Positions 47,437-56,587 of a stretch of DNA of 64,000 nt are shown one piece after another. The notes below the pieces were generated by a model. The model saw nothing but the letters and a program-made list of their open reading frames with translations. It made no database searches and was not told where the DNA came from. The translations under genes and the position numbers were made by a program. The stretch's first letter is position 1, and each line of letters starts with the position of its first letter. Origin of the DNA: a virus (taxonomy: Duplodnaviria > Caudoviricetes); IMG/VR virus record IMGVR_UViG_3300048631_000217; one strand, given 5' to 3'.

Positions 47437-48939
47437 ATGGAAGACGACAAGAAAAAAACAGACGAAAACCTGTTGAAAGCCATTGACGACAGGTTAACCA
47501 ATGAAGGTCAGTTGATCCGAAATACTGGCAAGAATTCCTTGAAGTCAATCAAGGATAAGATGACCAATGAAGGACAACTTGTAAGGAATACTGGCAAGAA
47601 TTCCTTGAAATCCATCAAGGACACCTTGAACGTCAATTTCGAACGCCTGACACCGCTTTTCGAAAGTATGAGCAAGAGCATGTCCTTGCAGAGCGGTTTC
47701 ATGGAAAACATGGTCAAGCAACAGGTAGAGTATACGGAATCTGTCAAGCGGGAAAGAGATTTACAAGACCTTGAACCCGAAAAACCTGCCGAAAAACGGG
47801 CGGAACCTGATAGGGATGATGACAGGGACGATGATCGTCCCGAAAAATCTTCACGATCCCCATGGGCATCTATCGGTAGCCTGCTAGGGCAATTCGTCTT
47901 GTCAAAGTTGGCTTTAGGGGCTGTCGGGGCCATGGCATTCAGCTACCTTACAAGATTCTTGTCGTCTGCGGTTCAAGAAGGTGTAAAAGCAGCTTTTCCA
48001 AATCTCGAAAACTACATCAAGAAAATAGCCGATTACTTGGGCGTCGAAAATGTCGATCCAGAAAAGGTTGTGAAAAAGGGCGCAAATACGGCTATCGGTG
48101 CCGGGTTGGGTAGGATGTTGGGAAGGTTTCTCCCCCCGCCATTAAGAATACCCGCAATGCTTCTGGGCGGTGTCATGGGATACAACACCGGAGAAGACAA
48201 AAGCTGGAATGATATGGCCATGGAAGCCTTTTTAGGATTCGGGGCGTTGAAGGGTCTAAACGGGTTCCGCAAAGGTGTATGGGGCTTGGGTAAACGATTG
48301 CTTGGTGTCGGTACAGGATCGGCAGCAACCTCAGCCGCCGAAGGCGTTGTCGGCAGAACGGCCTTAATGAGATCTATGCCGTGGCTAGCAAGAGCATTGG
48401 GAATCGGGGCAGGACTCGCCAGCGGCCCGGCCATGGCAGGTATGTACGCAGTCATTCCGACCGATGCGGGCGACGGTACACGTAAAGACCAAAGTTATGA
48501 CGAATGGGCAATGAAGATGCGGGGACAGGGCAAGATACCGTATCGTGAATTGTATGAAAATCCATGGGCGTCCGAAGATGATATGAAGGCACGTGTCGAA
48601 ACAGGGCCTGCCAAAGTGCGTCCACGTCCGAAGCCTGAAGTGACAGGTTTAGACAAACAGATTGAAAATCAGATCATGGATATGTTCACGGCTCCCAAAA
48701 TCGAACCGTTGCCTAGTGATCGACAATCATACAAGGATGTTGAACCATCACAGAACAAGCGAGCCGAACGATTGAATTCGGCTACCGAATCCATGTCGAA
48801 ACGTGCTGCACCCGTTATCGTCAAGGGAGGAAGTAACATGCAGGGCGGGAACGTCTACAACTCCACCTCAACCGTCATCAATAACATGAAAGATGCCTTG
48901 TCAACCCTTGATCCGTTTATTAACCGATACGGGTATTGA
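47437..48939 (+). CDS. Putative tape measure protein
   Basis: Start at MEDDKK; coiled-coil N-term, Gly/Ala-rich hydrophobic middle, N.YNSTSTVIN end; follows gp26/gp51. Confidence 0.55.
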   Translation: MEDDKKKTDENLLKAIDDRLTNEGQLIRNTGKNSLKSIKDKMTNEGQLVRNTGKNSLKSIKDTLNVNFERLTPLFESMSKSMSLQSGFMENMVKQQVEYTESVKRERDLQDLEPEKPAEKRAEPDRDDDRDDDRPEKSSRSPWASIGSLLGQFVLSKLALGAVGAMAFSYLTRFLSSAVQEGVKAAFPNLENYIKKIADYLGVENVDPEKVVKKGANTAIGAGLGRMLGRFLPPPLRIPAMLLGGVMGYNTGEDKSWNDMAMEAFLGFGALKGLNGFRKGVWGLGKRLLGVGTGSAATSAAEGVVGRTALMRSMPWLARALGIGAGLASGPAMAGMYAVIPTDAGDGTRKDQSYDEWAMKMRGQGKIPYRELYENPWASEDDMKARVETGPAKVRPRPKPEVTGLDKQIENQIMDMFTAPKIEPLPSDRQSYKDVEPSQNKRAERLNSATESMSKRAAPVIVKGGSNMQGGNVYNSTSTVINNMKDALSTLDPFINRYGY

Positions 48940-48964
48940 CTTTGGGTAACTTTGACCCTATATT
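48936..48964 (+). promoter_or_regulatory. Early promoter
   Basis: TTGACT-17-TATATT. Confidence 0.7.
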
Positions 48965-48999
48965 AAAGGTATAGAGTTAGACAAGAAAGGTTTTGAAAA

Positions 49000-49143
49000 A
49001 TGTCCAAATACGGTATCGCTTCGTTCGCCTTCTTTTGGGGGGTATGGACCAATGATATTGCCTATGTTGCCGCGTTGACGACTCTTCTCGTCAGCCTGTC
49101 TTACATGACTTTCAATCAGAAACGTCAGGCAGTGAAAGAATAA
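49000..49143 (+). CDS. 47-aa hydrophobic protein
   Basis: Promoter plus GAAAGG RBS; MSKYGIASFAFFWGVWTNDIAYVAALTTLLVSLSYMTFNQKRQAVKE. Confidence 0.6.
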   Translation: MSKYGIASFAFFWGVWTNDIAYVAALTTLLVSLSYMTFNQKRQAVKE

Positions 49144-49168
49144 GGCGGTAGGTTTCCCCACCGCCTTT
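49142..49168. terminator. Terminator between convergent genes
   Basis: AAGGCGGT...ACCGCCTT stem. Confidence 0.65.
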
Positions 49169-49173
49169 CTTAA

Positions 49174-50106
49174 TCAATCTTCGGCAAGTCCCTTGAAGAA
49201 TGCCATTTCGTCGTCATCCTCTTCCTCAGTTTCAGGAATAGGATCGGGTTCCTTGGTCTTGGTAGACTTGTTATCGAAATCAGGAATTTCGTCATCCATT
49301 TCGCCCATGGGTGAATGTTTCGAATCGTTCGAAGGGGCAACTTCACCAGACAGACCCAAAGCTTTGTAGAAAAGCTTCTTCAACTCGTCATACGACTTGA
49401 ATTCAGACGGGGCGATCAGCGGCTTCAACGGGTATGCCTGTTTCCAGATCTTTTCCATAGCCTCTTCATCTTCGGCTAGGGGCGATGCGGCGTCAAACGT
49501 CGATTTGTCATAACTCCGCATGTTGTTACTGCCGTTGTAGCATTTCAATCGAAGGTTCTTGCCCTCAATTGGGTCAAACACATCACATGGTTCAAAATCT
49601 GGATCGGGCACTTCCGGGGAAACCTGTTCCTGAATCATCTTGAAGATGGAATTCCCGTAGCGGTATAAGAATACCTTACCTTCGTTCTCGGGATTGGCCG
49701 GGTCTTTGATGACAAGGATATTCGACACGAAATGCTTGTTCAGGCGAATCTTACGAGCCTTGTCCTTGTTTTCCTCAATACCGCTGTTCCACAGGGCTGA
49801 GGTGTATTCAAAGACCGGATCGGTTACACCAAGGGTATAGAGTGATTTTTCGATATACCATCCGCCTTTGCCTTTGAAGCCGTAGTCCATGTATTTGATG
49901 AACGGGCTATCTTCGTCTTCCCCCGGCGGTTGGGGTAGGAACCGAATGACCGCGAAGCCGTTACCGGCCTTGTCGGTGTCTAGTTTCCAGAAACGTTCAT
50001 CGGTCGGGCGGTTGCCGCCTTTCGTGACGCTGTTAATATTGTCCGTCAGCTTCTGTAAGTTCGAAGTGCGGTTTTTTAGAATGTTGCTAAAGTTTGTGGG
50101 CATCAA
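49174..50106 (-). CDS. gp32: Single-stranded DNA-binding protein
   Basis: DERFWKL..DKAGNG.AVIRFLP, WYIE, DPANPENEGKVFLY.YG, FKSYDELK, acidic tail. Confidence 0.96.
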   Translation of the reverse strand: MMPTNFSNILKNRTSNLQKLTDNINSVTKGGNRPTDERFWKLDTDKAGNGFAVIRFLPQPPGEDEDSPFIKYMDYGFKGKGGWYIEKSLYTLGVTDPVFEYTSALWNSGIEENKDKARKIRLNKHFVSNILVIKDPANPENEGKVFLYRYGNSIFKMIQEQVSPEVPDPDFEPCDVFDPIEGKNLRLKCYNGSNNMRSYDKSTFDAASPLAEDEEAMEKIWKQAYPLKPLIAPSEFKSYDELKKLFYKALGLSGEVAPSNDSKHSPMGEMDDEIPDFDNKSTKTKEPDPIPETEEEDDDEMAFFKGLAED

Positions 50107-50118
50107 TGTTTTCCTTAG

Positions 50119-50736
50119 TTAGTCGTTGTTTTTCACATAATCAAATCTTTCAAGAACCACTTGCCTCATATCCGACAGGCGATAGTTCATGAATGGTCGG
50201 TATCGTTCACATGTCTTATTTATGCCCGGCCAGATGACCGGATCTTGTATCTTCTCATTCCACACCCGGAACATGCCGGTGATGGAGTCAAGAATGATAA
50301 GGGTTTCGATACAAACCTTACCATTGATATACATTGTCAAGAGTTTCGGATGTTGACCGTCTGTAACTATGAAGTTAGATTTCGCATCATCATCCAGACG
50401 GTTGATATCAGTCTTGAACGTATATCGCAAGCTTTGTTTGCGTCTGAGGTAGTCTTTTAACACCTCTTCGGCCTTGTCTTTCTGGTTGACGAGATTGCCG
50501 ATATACAGGTTAGGGTCTACAAGGATGTTGGACAGGATGTAGGGTTCCCAATCGTCTCGTTTCGACAGTTTGTAGAAAAAGAACCTGTCCTTGCGCCGGT
50601 CGAATGTTTCTATCTTGGTACTGGTCTTGCCACCATACTTGAAATAATCATATCGCCCCTGAAAATGGTTCTTGACGGCGACGTAGTATGTAAAGACCTT
50701 GAACCCCTTTTCCTTGGAATAATAGTCATCAATCAT
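50119..50736 (-). CDS. gp59: Helicase loader
   Basis: Y.A.K.HF...YDYFKYGGK, F..RKD.FFF.KL, ETL.IL; start taken at MIDDYY. Confidence 0.9.
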   Translation of the reverse strand: MIDDYYSKEKGFKVFTYYVAVKNHFQGRYDYFKYGGKTSTKIETFDRRKDRFFFYKLSKRDDWEPYILSNILVDPNLYIGNLVNQKDKAEEVLKDYLRRKQSLRYTFKTDINRLDDDAKSNFIVTDGQHPKLLTMYINGKVCIETLIILDSITGMFRVWNEKIQDPVIWPGINKTCERYRPFMNYRLSDMRQVVLERFDYVKNND

Positions 50737-50953
50737 CGTATAGGGGTCTAGTTGATGACTTGGCGACCATATTGAGCCGTTCGGCGTCACGCCGCAAATG
50801 TGCCGTCATCTGTTCAGACGATTTGATGATATCCGCGACGACTTCGACTTCTATACCTTTTCTCTCGGCGTATTCAACCGCCGCATCAATGAACGATAAT
50901 CCGCCATTGACATACTTCATAATTTCTTTAAGAACAATCAAATCCTTACTCAA
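50729..50953 (-). CDS. gp33: Late transcription coactivator
   Basis: FIDA.VEY.E...IE.E......DAERLN; upstream of gp59 as in T4. Confidence 0.8.
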   Translation of the reverse strand: MSKDLIVLKEIMKYVNGGLSFIDAAVEYAERKGIEVEVVADIIKSSEQMTAHLRRDAERLNMVAKSSTRPLYDD

Positions 50954-50956
50954 AAG

Positions 50957-51145
50957 TCACCCGTTCAGTTGCACGATCTCATTGAGCCATTGCGCGGCCT
51001 TTGCTTCGGCTAGGGACAGGGTTTCGACCATTTCTTGACGGGTCGGGGAACCTTCTGCATCGAAGAATTCAACGCGATAGGTATTGGCTTCCTTGTGGAT
51101 GGATACATGTCCCCGATTCGGGTCGGCGATTTGTCTCACTAACAT
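50957..51145 (-). CDS. Hypothetical protein (62 aa)
   Basis: Start moved to MLVRQ (RBS AAGAGG); longer start lies inside tmRNA. Confidence 0.6.
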   Translation of the reverse strand: MLVRQIADPNRGHVSIHKEANTYRVEFFDAEGSPTRQEMVETLSLAEAKAAQWLNEIVQLNG

Positions 51146-51170
51146 ATCATTATACCTCTTGTTTTGGGAA

Positions 51171-51566
51171 GGTGAGGTGTTTCTGTTTCTAGGCACACCC
51201 CAAAGCCCACAGACCTTACGCCACTAGGGCAGTCTTAGGAGCAAAGTTTTCGTTTGCCTCTATTGGTTTGTTGCGTTAACGCAGCTTCCGCGCGTAGTCT
51301 CCACACACCGTCCAATGTCTGTCGATCCTAGTATCAGGCCCATCAAAAACACATAAAGGGATTTAAACTACTCTCGCCGCTCGGGTCAAACGGATCTCCG
51401 GTTTATCATCCCGGTGTTCTATGGCGGCTTCCTAGACCACCATTACCCATTCCCTTTTTCGGATGTTTCATTTCTAGGAAAAATGCCACATCCTATATGT
51501 GCTTTTGGTGGACCTGTGCGGTACTGCCCCGCAGTCCAGACCATCTTCAAGTCGCTTCATCGACTA
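51171..51566 (-). ncRNA. ssrA: Two-piece circularly permuted tmRNA, tag (A)ANENFAPKTALVA
   Basis: T-arm TGCGG-GGCAGTA-CCGCA and CAGGTCC-ACCA (ends 51506) precede the 5' end GGGCCTG (51341) with G3-U70; tag ORF 51257..51216; 3' AACAGAAAC motif. Confidence 0.93.
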
Positions 51567-51573
51567 TGTTAGT

Positions 51574-51602
51574 TATATAGTATGTTTCGAATCTCTCGTC
51601 AA
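51574..51602 (-). promoter_or_regulatory. Promoter for tmRNA
   Basis: TTGACG-17-TATATA. Confidence 0.75.
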
Positions 51603-51607
51603 GTGTC

Positions 51608-51769
51608 TTATTCGAGATTGTCGGATTCAATTCCAAAACCTTGTGCAACCTCGATTCTCTTTCGGTCAATTGCGGCACTTAAACGGTTCGCCATTTCGTC
51701 ATGAAAGGCTTGTTTGAAATCTGTCGGCTTCTTTTCATAGGCTGACATGATCATATCCTTGATACTCAT
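51608..51769 (-). CDS. 53-aa helical protein, possibly gp67-like prohead core
   Basis: Below cutoff: MSIKDMIMSAYEKKPTDFKQAFHDEMANRLSAAIDRKRIEVAQ...; ATGA overlap with upstream gene. Confidence 0.55.
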   Translation of the reverse strand: MSIKDMIMSAYEKKPTDFKQAFHDEMANRLSAAIDRKRIEVAQGFGIESDNLE

Positions 51770-52914
51770 TTTGGTAGGTTTCCTTTATAGAGGTTTACGT
51801 TGTTCACGATGATTTCACCATACTCTTTGTGCAGAGTCTGTGCGGTCAGGCTACGTTTTGATGTATATGCAGACTGATCAGCATGGGCATCCTTGGCCGC
51901 TAGGGTGCGATAGGAACGACACAGCGCCCCGCCGATCTCCTGTTCCCGTTCATGATGAACATGGCCGGTATCCAGAAAACGCCAATATGTCTGCCCCCAT
52001 TCTTCCGAGAACTTTTCGGCCATGGCCAGAACCAGACGATTGAAATTGACCCTATCCCCGTGATGTGCCACAATCAGATTGCGTCCGTGGCGATACTTCA
52101 ACCAATGCGACGGACTCCATAGGATTTCAACACGCGGTTCATTCTCGTAGGCACACATCAGGGCTATCGCAAGCCAATGCGACTGGTCTACGTCATGGTT
52201 GCCGGGGATGCTACCAAAGATGACCTTGCCATGCTTCTGCAAGGCTGTTTCGATACAATATCGAATGGCTCTTACCGTGGCCACCGCGATCTTGGCGAAC
52301 CTTGTATCCATGTCCAGAATGTTGCCGGAATACGGAGTCATTCCTTTATGATCATTTGCATGAAACACGTCACCAAGATTGAGGATCATGGCAGTTTCGG
52401 AATTCGGAGTCGATTCGAGTAATTGACTGATAGAACTTGTTAGAAGGTCTTCGGCAATTTTCAAATCATAATCTTCGCCCGTTTCTTCGGCATAAGAAAA
52501 CATGCCCATGTGAAGATCAGCCAAAACATACTTTGTCAGTAAATCTTTTGATGTGCCCCAAGGTGCCTGAGTCGGCGGAACCTTCTCTAGACGATCCTGA
52601 AAGGCTTCGGTCATGATTTCGACAATCGTTTCATGTTCCTTCATCTGATCTTGGGGAACATCGAAACGAAGTGAGGCGGTTTTGCTCTTTAGCCACCCGC
52701 CTCTAAGATTTGAAAGGTCTACCCCTAGTTCCCCCATGGCAGTAGATATGCCGGGGTTCATCGAATCTAAGGAAACCTTTTTCTTGGCCCGGTCAATCAT
52801 ATGCCGGGCGACATGGCGCGATGCCAGAGACATTTCCGCCATGATATCCCTATGGGACATACCGGAATCGTATAGCTTCAGCGCCTGTCTTTCTTCATCA
52901 CTTAAACCACTCAC
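51766..52914 (-). CDS. Calcineurin-like metallophosphoesterase with N-terminal HTH
   Basis: DLH, GD.FH, GNHD, HHGD, GHVHH. Confidence 0.85.
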   Translation of the reverse strand: MSGLSDEERQALKLYDSGMSHRDIMAEMSLASRHVARHMIDRAKKKVSLDSMNPGISTAMGELGVDLSNLRGGWLKSKTASLRFDVPQDQMKEHETIVEIMTEAFQDRLEKVPPTQAPWGTSKDLLTKYVLADLHMGMFSYAEETGEDYDLKIAEDLLTSSISQLLESTPNSETAMILNLGDVFHANDHKGMTPYSGNILDMDTRFAKIAVATVRAIRYCIETALQKHGKVIFGSIPGNHDVDQSHWLAIALMCAYENEPRVEILWSPSHWLKYRHGRNLIVAHHGDRVNFNRLVLAMAEKFSEEWGQTYWRFLDTGHVHHEREQEIGGALCRSYRTLAAKDAHADQSAYTSKRSLTAQTLHKEYGEIIVNNVNLYKGNLPK

Positions 52915-52932
52915 TCATCACCTCATACGTTG

Positions 52933-53118
52933 TTAATACTCATCATTGTCGTAGAAGTTGGTCGCGAACCGTTTGGCCAGAAAACCTATGGCTAGGTTCC
53001 GTTTACCTTTTTCGATTGCGGCAGCAGCAGTCCGAATGGCGTTGTATAGGATTTCGCCCTTTTCCCGCTCGTCTCCGGTTATCTTGATTAGCAATGCTTT
53101 TTCTTCTTCGGTCAACAT
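52933..53118 (-). CDS. Hypothetical early protein
   Basis: Upstream TTGACA(53182)-17-TATATA and RBS. Confidence 0.6.
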   Translation of the reverse strand: MLTEEEKALLIKITGDEREKGEILYNAIRTAAAAIEKGKRNLAIGFLAKRFATNFYDNDEY

Positions 53119-53178
53119 TTATTACCTATTTTCGCTAGTGAATCCACATCATGTATATAAGGATAGGTCGGCTATTTG

Positions 53179-54114
53179 TCAAGATACCCAATCGACGTTA
53201 TCTGGCACGTATTTGGCAATTTTGCGTCTCACATCATCACTTAATTCCGAAACACTACGCGGAGGTTTCCCGGTTTTCTTGACCTCGACATAATCGACCA
53301 AGCTAAAGTAACCGCCTCTATACTCACCTTTCTTGCCGGTGTACATGTTGGCGTCTTTCATACTCGCCTGACCTTCACGTCGCGGATCACCCTTCTCCCG
53401 ACTAACCCAAGTGTTGTCAAATAGTTTATTAGGGATATCAACCTTGTTGAACGCGAATACAATCTCCCCGTCCATGTATTTACTGATACCCTTACCCATG
53501 TTGATGATATCGTACAAGGTGTTGGACGCACCTCTATGTGTGTTGATCAGAATCTCGACAGGCACGGTTCTAGGACGTTTCTTGTTCAGTCTGACAGCAA
53601 CTTCAATATCGTTAACGATCCATACGATATGGATGTTCTTCTTGTCGTATCCGATTTGTGAAACCTGTGTACAGATCTTGTCAAGTTTATAGAAGTCTTT
53701 TAACGTAACGTCGAAGATGATGTTGGGTCTACGTTCGGCGTTGGCAGACAGAAGAGACCTGAATAAAGCCTGTTGCCTGCGATTGTCCAGATTAAGCACA
53801 TCGGCGACGACATAATGCAACTTCGAAACGTTTTCCGGGTTTTTCATGTTATCGGCCAAAGACTTGATATCAATGTTGTAGTCTTTTTTGAGTCTGGAAA
53901 TGATAGTCGGAGTGGCCGCAGCCAGCTTCTTCAACTCGTCAACGTCGAACTTGAACCCTTCTACCCCGATCAGCTTGTCATAGACATAGCCTTTTCCGCT
54001 GGCAGCACCACCCGCCAGAATGACGACTTGACCGAATCTTGGGTAAGCCTTACCAGCAAAGGTGATCAGCTTTTCGCTTAGTTCCTGATACCCGAAATCA
54101 ATGAATCCTTGCAT
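53179..54114 (-). CDS. P-loop NTPase/kinase (zeta/AAA_33-like)
   Basis: LAGGAASGKG, NIIFDVT, N..R.R.VP. Confidence 0.75.
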   Translation of the reverse strand: MQGFIDFGYQELSEKLITFAGKAYPRFGQVVILAGGAASGKGYVYDKLIGVEGFKFDVDELKKLAAATPTIISRLKKDYNIDIKSLADNMKNPENVSKLHYVVADVLNLDNRRQQALFRSLLSANAERRPNIIFDVTLKDFYKLDKICTQVSQIGYDKKNIHIVWIVNDIEVAVRLNKKRPRTVPVEILINTHRGASNTLYDIINMGKGISKYMDGEIVFAFNKVDIPNKLFDNTWVSREKGDPRREGQASMKDANMYTGKKGEYRGGYFSLVDYVEVKKTGKPPRSVSELSDDVRRKIAKYVPDNVDWVS

Positions 54115-54151
54115 GTGTTTTTGTCCTTATTATTGATGCGTCCGTCCTTGA

Positions 54152-56587
54152 CTATTTAGGGTCAGGCTTCTTTACCGTCAATTCACCTTTCTTGATCTTG
54201 TCGGAAATCGACTTCATGGTGTCTTTATCTACCAGACTGGTTGACCATTTGCCGTCTGCGGTCTTCTGGCCTTTCTTGGCTTCGTTCATCAGGAATTCTC
54301 CAAAGCTTTTTACTCTCATAGATTCTACCACGTATTGTTGTAGGGTGTCAATGTAGGAATTGGCCGCGTTGCCGATATAGACTGCCTTGATATGGTGCTT
54401 ATCACCAACTTCCGCTATCTCGACCGGGCGGATGATCGACATTGGGGGCAGGATAACCTCTTTCTCGTGATTCACATCCGAGAACGTAAGGATAGGTAAA
54501 ACATGCGCACCTTCAGGAAGGTATATCGTCAACCGTGAGTTGCCAGAACTACCATAAGAAATTTCCTCATTAAGTGATGTTGACATAAAGCCGGGGTCAA
54601 TGATATCATCGCCGATACCGTAATCTTGCACATTAGGTATATTTGCGTTACGAAACACCCATGTAGGCGCTTTCAGGGGGCCTATCCGTTCCATGAAACT
54701 GATGATATTTTTGACATGTTCGAAATCAGACTTATCTACAAATTTGACATCTTTTGAGTAGTTACCTCTTAGGAGAGTGTTGATATACGCGTAATCCGTG
54801 CCGGTGTATTTAAATACCGAAGAAAATTCTCGGAAGTGTTCTTTCTTGGCTTTGGAAATACTTTCTTCGTACCCTAGTTTTAAGAAATAAAGTTCGCGCG
54901 TATTGACATCTTTCTGTTGTTTCGGAGTAAAGGCGAAATGATTCACTTCAGAAAAGACGATTTCTGAGAATCCGTTACCTTCAGGAAGCGGGAATTCTAA
55001 ATCAACATCGGCTTTAATTCTACTTTTGGTAGAATTTTGTATATCGTAACTAAGACTTTCAAGTTCGTTGTATTTACTTACAATTTGTGAATATAGTTTT
55101 AAACCATCTTTTGTATCGCGAATGAAATTTATCGAATCTAGTGTCTTTTTTAGTAACTGTTCATCCTTCAATTCCCCATTATCGTCTAACAAAACTTTCT
55201 TTAAGAAGCTGGGTTTACTGCCTTCTTTAGATAAAAAATTCTTAACGGTCGTAGTCGATAAATGACGGCTAAACCCCACCGCCGCCAACAAAGACGCCAG
55301 ATCAGTCTTTCCGTCATCCAGATACTTCTTTAACTGGTCTTGCGCCTGTTCCAACTTCGTTTGGTATTCGATAACTTTTTCGTTGGGTGGTAATTCGATA
55401 GTCTTCGCCTTCAGCTTGTTGCTGATATCGAACACCTTTCGGCCCTCTTCGGTATCCACCAAAGACACTTCGTAACCCTTGAAATGGTATTTGGCCGAAG
55501 GTTTCAGGTTTGGTTTGCGTGGGATGCGGCGCTTGGGTTCAAGTTCATCTAATGTTTCGGCATTGACTCCGAAATCGTATCCCTTGTAGGCTTTGGTCTT
55601 GAACACTGTGTTAGGCGAATAACCTTTCTTGATGATGAAGATGAACGATTTTCCGCCTTTGAAATAATCGTTGTACTTTACAGGAACATCCTCGAATTTC
55701 GAGACAAGTGCCCGCTTGATCAATCTCTTGGTGAACGTGTTGAAACGGGGGCTGGCGACGTTCTTCGGCACCGATATCGTTATCCCCTTGACTTGGCTTT
55801 GGATGAACATCAAAGACGCCTGAATCACATAGACGAATGTTGACAGGGCCGGGCGGATATGGCTCGTTTTCTTGAATGACCACAACCGTTTGTTGACGTT
55901 GACGATCCGGTTCAACTCAGCAAGATAGATTCCCGACTTCGAACTACGCACCAGTGATATCAGGTACTTGTCTGAATCAATCTCGAACGCCGCATGAATG
56001 GCGTCAGGAATACGTGTATCTTCGGTCATATAGGTTTCGACCGGGCTGTTCAACGACTCGTCTAACTGATCGAATTCGTCTAGGACAGTGCTTTCCTCAA
56101 CCTTCTTGTAGGCATCCACTATCACGACCTTGGGAGTCAGCCCCATCATGAAGGCGATATCCAACCGGGTGTTGCCGCCCATGATACGCAAGCGCCCATC
56201 CCGGAACCGCAGCACAATCGGCATGTTCATCGGTTGATTGTCTTCGAACGCCTTGAAGATACCGTCAATGGTCTTCTCGTTACGGTATTTCGGATAGGAC
56301 GCATACCCTTTGATAAGGTCGATCAAGTCTTCCTTGGACGTGGTATTGCTGCGATATGACACCTGACGATCAAGGCTTTTGGTCAGGCGAGTCACCTCGC
56401 CTGCCTTGTAAGCTTTCTTGAAGTCTTCGAATGTCGGCCACACATCACCTGTCATGGATTTCAAGGGCTTGATTGTATATTCTATGTCATATTCATGACG
56501 TAGCGCCTTGTCATCCATCTTCTGCCATCTGTTATAGTTGACAGATTCGTTCAGGAAGTCTTTGAAACCGCGTGGTCCTGTAGCCAT
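54152..56587 (-). CDS. Alt-like ADP-ribosyltransferase with N-terminal ParB/Srx-like domain
   Basis: YT...Y..IN..LR, VFR, FMSTS, EKEVILP (R-S-E class); N-term MPIVL...IMGGNTRL. Confidence 0.8.
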   Translation of the reverse strand: MATGPRGFKDFLNESVNYNRWQKMDDKALRHEYDIEYTIKPLKSMTGDVWPTFEDFKKAYKAGEVTRLTKSLDRQVSYRSNTTSKEDLIDLIKGYASYPKYRNEKTIDGIFKAFEDNQPMNMPIVLRFRDGRLRIMGGNTRLDIAFMMGLTPKVVIVDAYKKVEESTVLDEFDQLDESLNSPVETYMTEDTRIPDAIHAAFEIDSDKYLISLVRSSKSGIYLAELNRIVNVNKRLWSFKKTSHIRPALSTFVYVIQASLMFIQSQVKGITISVPKNVASPRFNTFTKRLIKRALVSKFEDVPVKYNDYFKGGKSFIFIIKKGYSPNTVFKTKAYKGYDFGVNAETLDELEPKRRIPRKPNLKPSAKYHFKGYEVSLVDTEEGRKVFDISNKLKAKTIELPPNEKVIEYQTKLEQAQDQLKKYLDDGKTDLASLLAAVGFSRHLSTTTVKNFLSKEGSKPSFLKKVLLDDNGELKDEQLLKKTLDSINFIRDTKDGLKLYSQIVSKYNELESLSYDIQNSTKSRIKADVDLEFPLPEGNGFSEIVFSEVNHFAFTPKQQKDVNTRELYFLKLGYEESISKAKKEHFREFSSVFKYTGTDYAYINTLLRGNYSKDVKFVDKSDFEHVKNIISFMERIGPLKAPTWVFRNANIPNVQDYGIGDDIIDPGFMSTSLNEEISYGSSGNSRLTIYLPEGAHVLPILTFSDVNHEKEVILPPMSIIRPVEIAEVGDKHHIKAVYIGNAANSYIDTLQQYVVESMRVKSFGEFLMNEAKKGQKTADGKWSTSLVDKDTMKSISDKIKKGELTVKKPDPK

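Noticed and set aside
48958-49161. 67-aa minus-strand ORF
   Set aside because: Starts within a terminator; the + strand 47-aa ORF has promoter and RBS
51146-51196. Extended N-terminus of ORF 50957..51196
   Set aside because: Overlaps the tmRNA 3' end; better RBS before ATG 51145
51506-51537. Stand-alone tRNA fragment or attP
   Set aside because: Explained as the acceptor piece of the permuted tmRNA; no integrase seen
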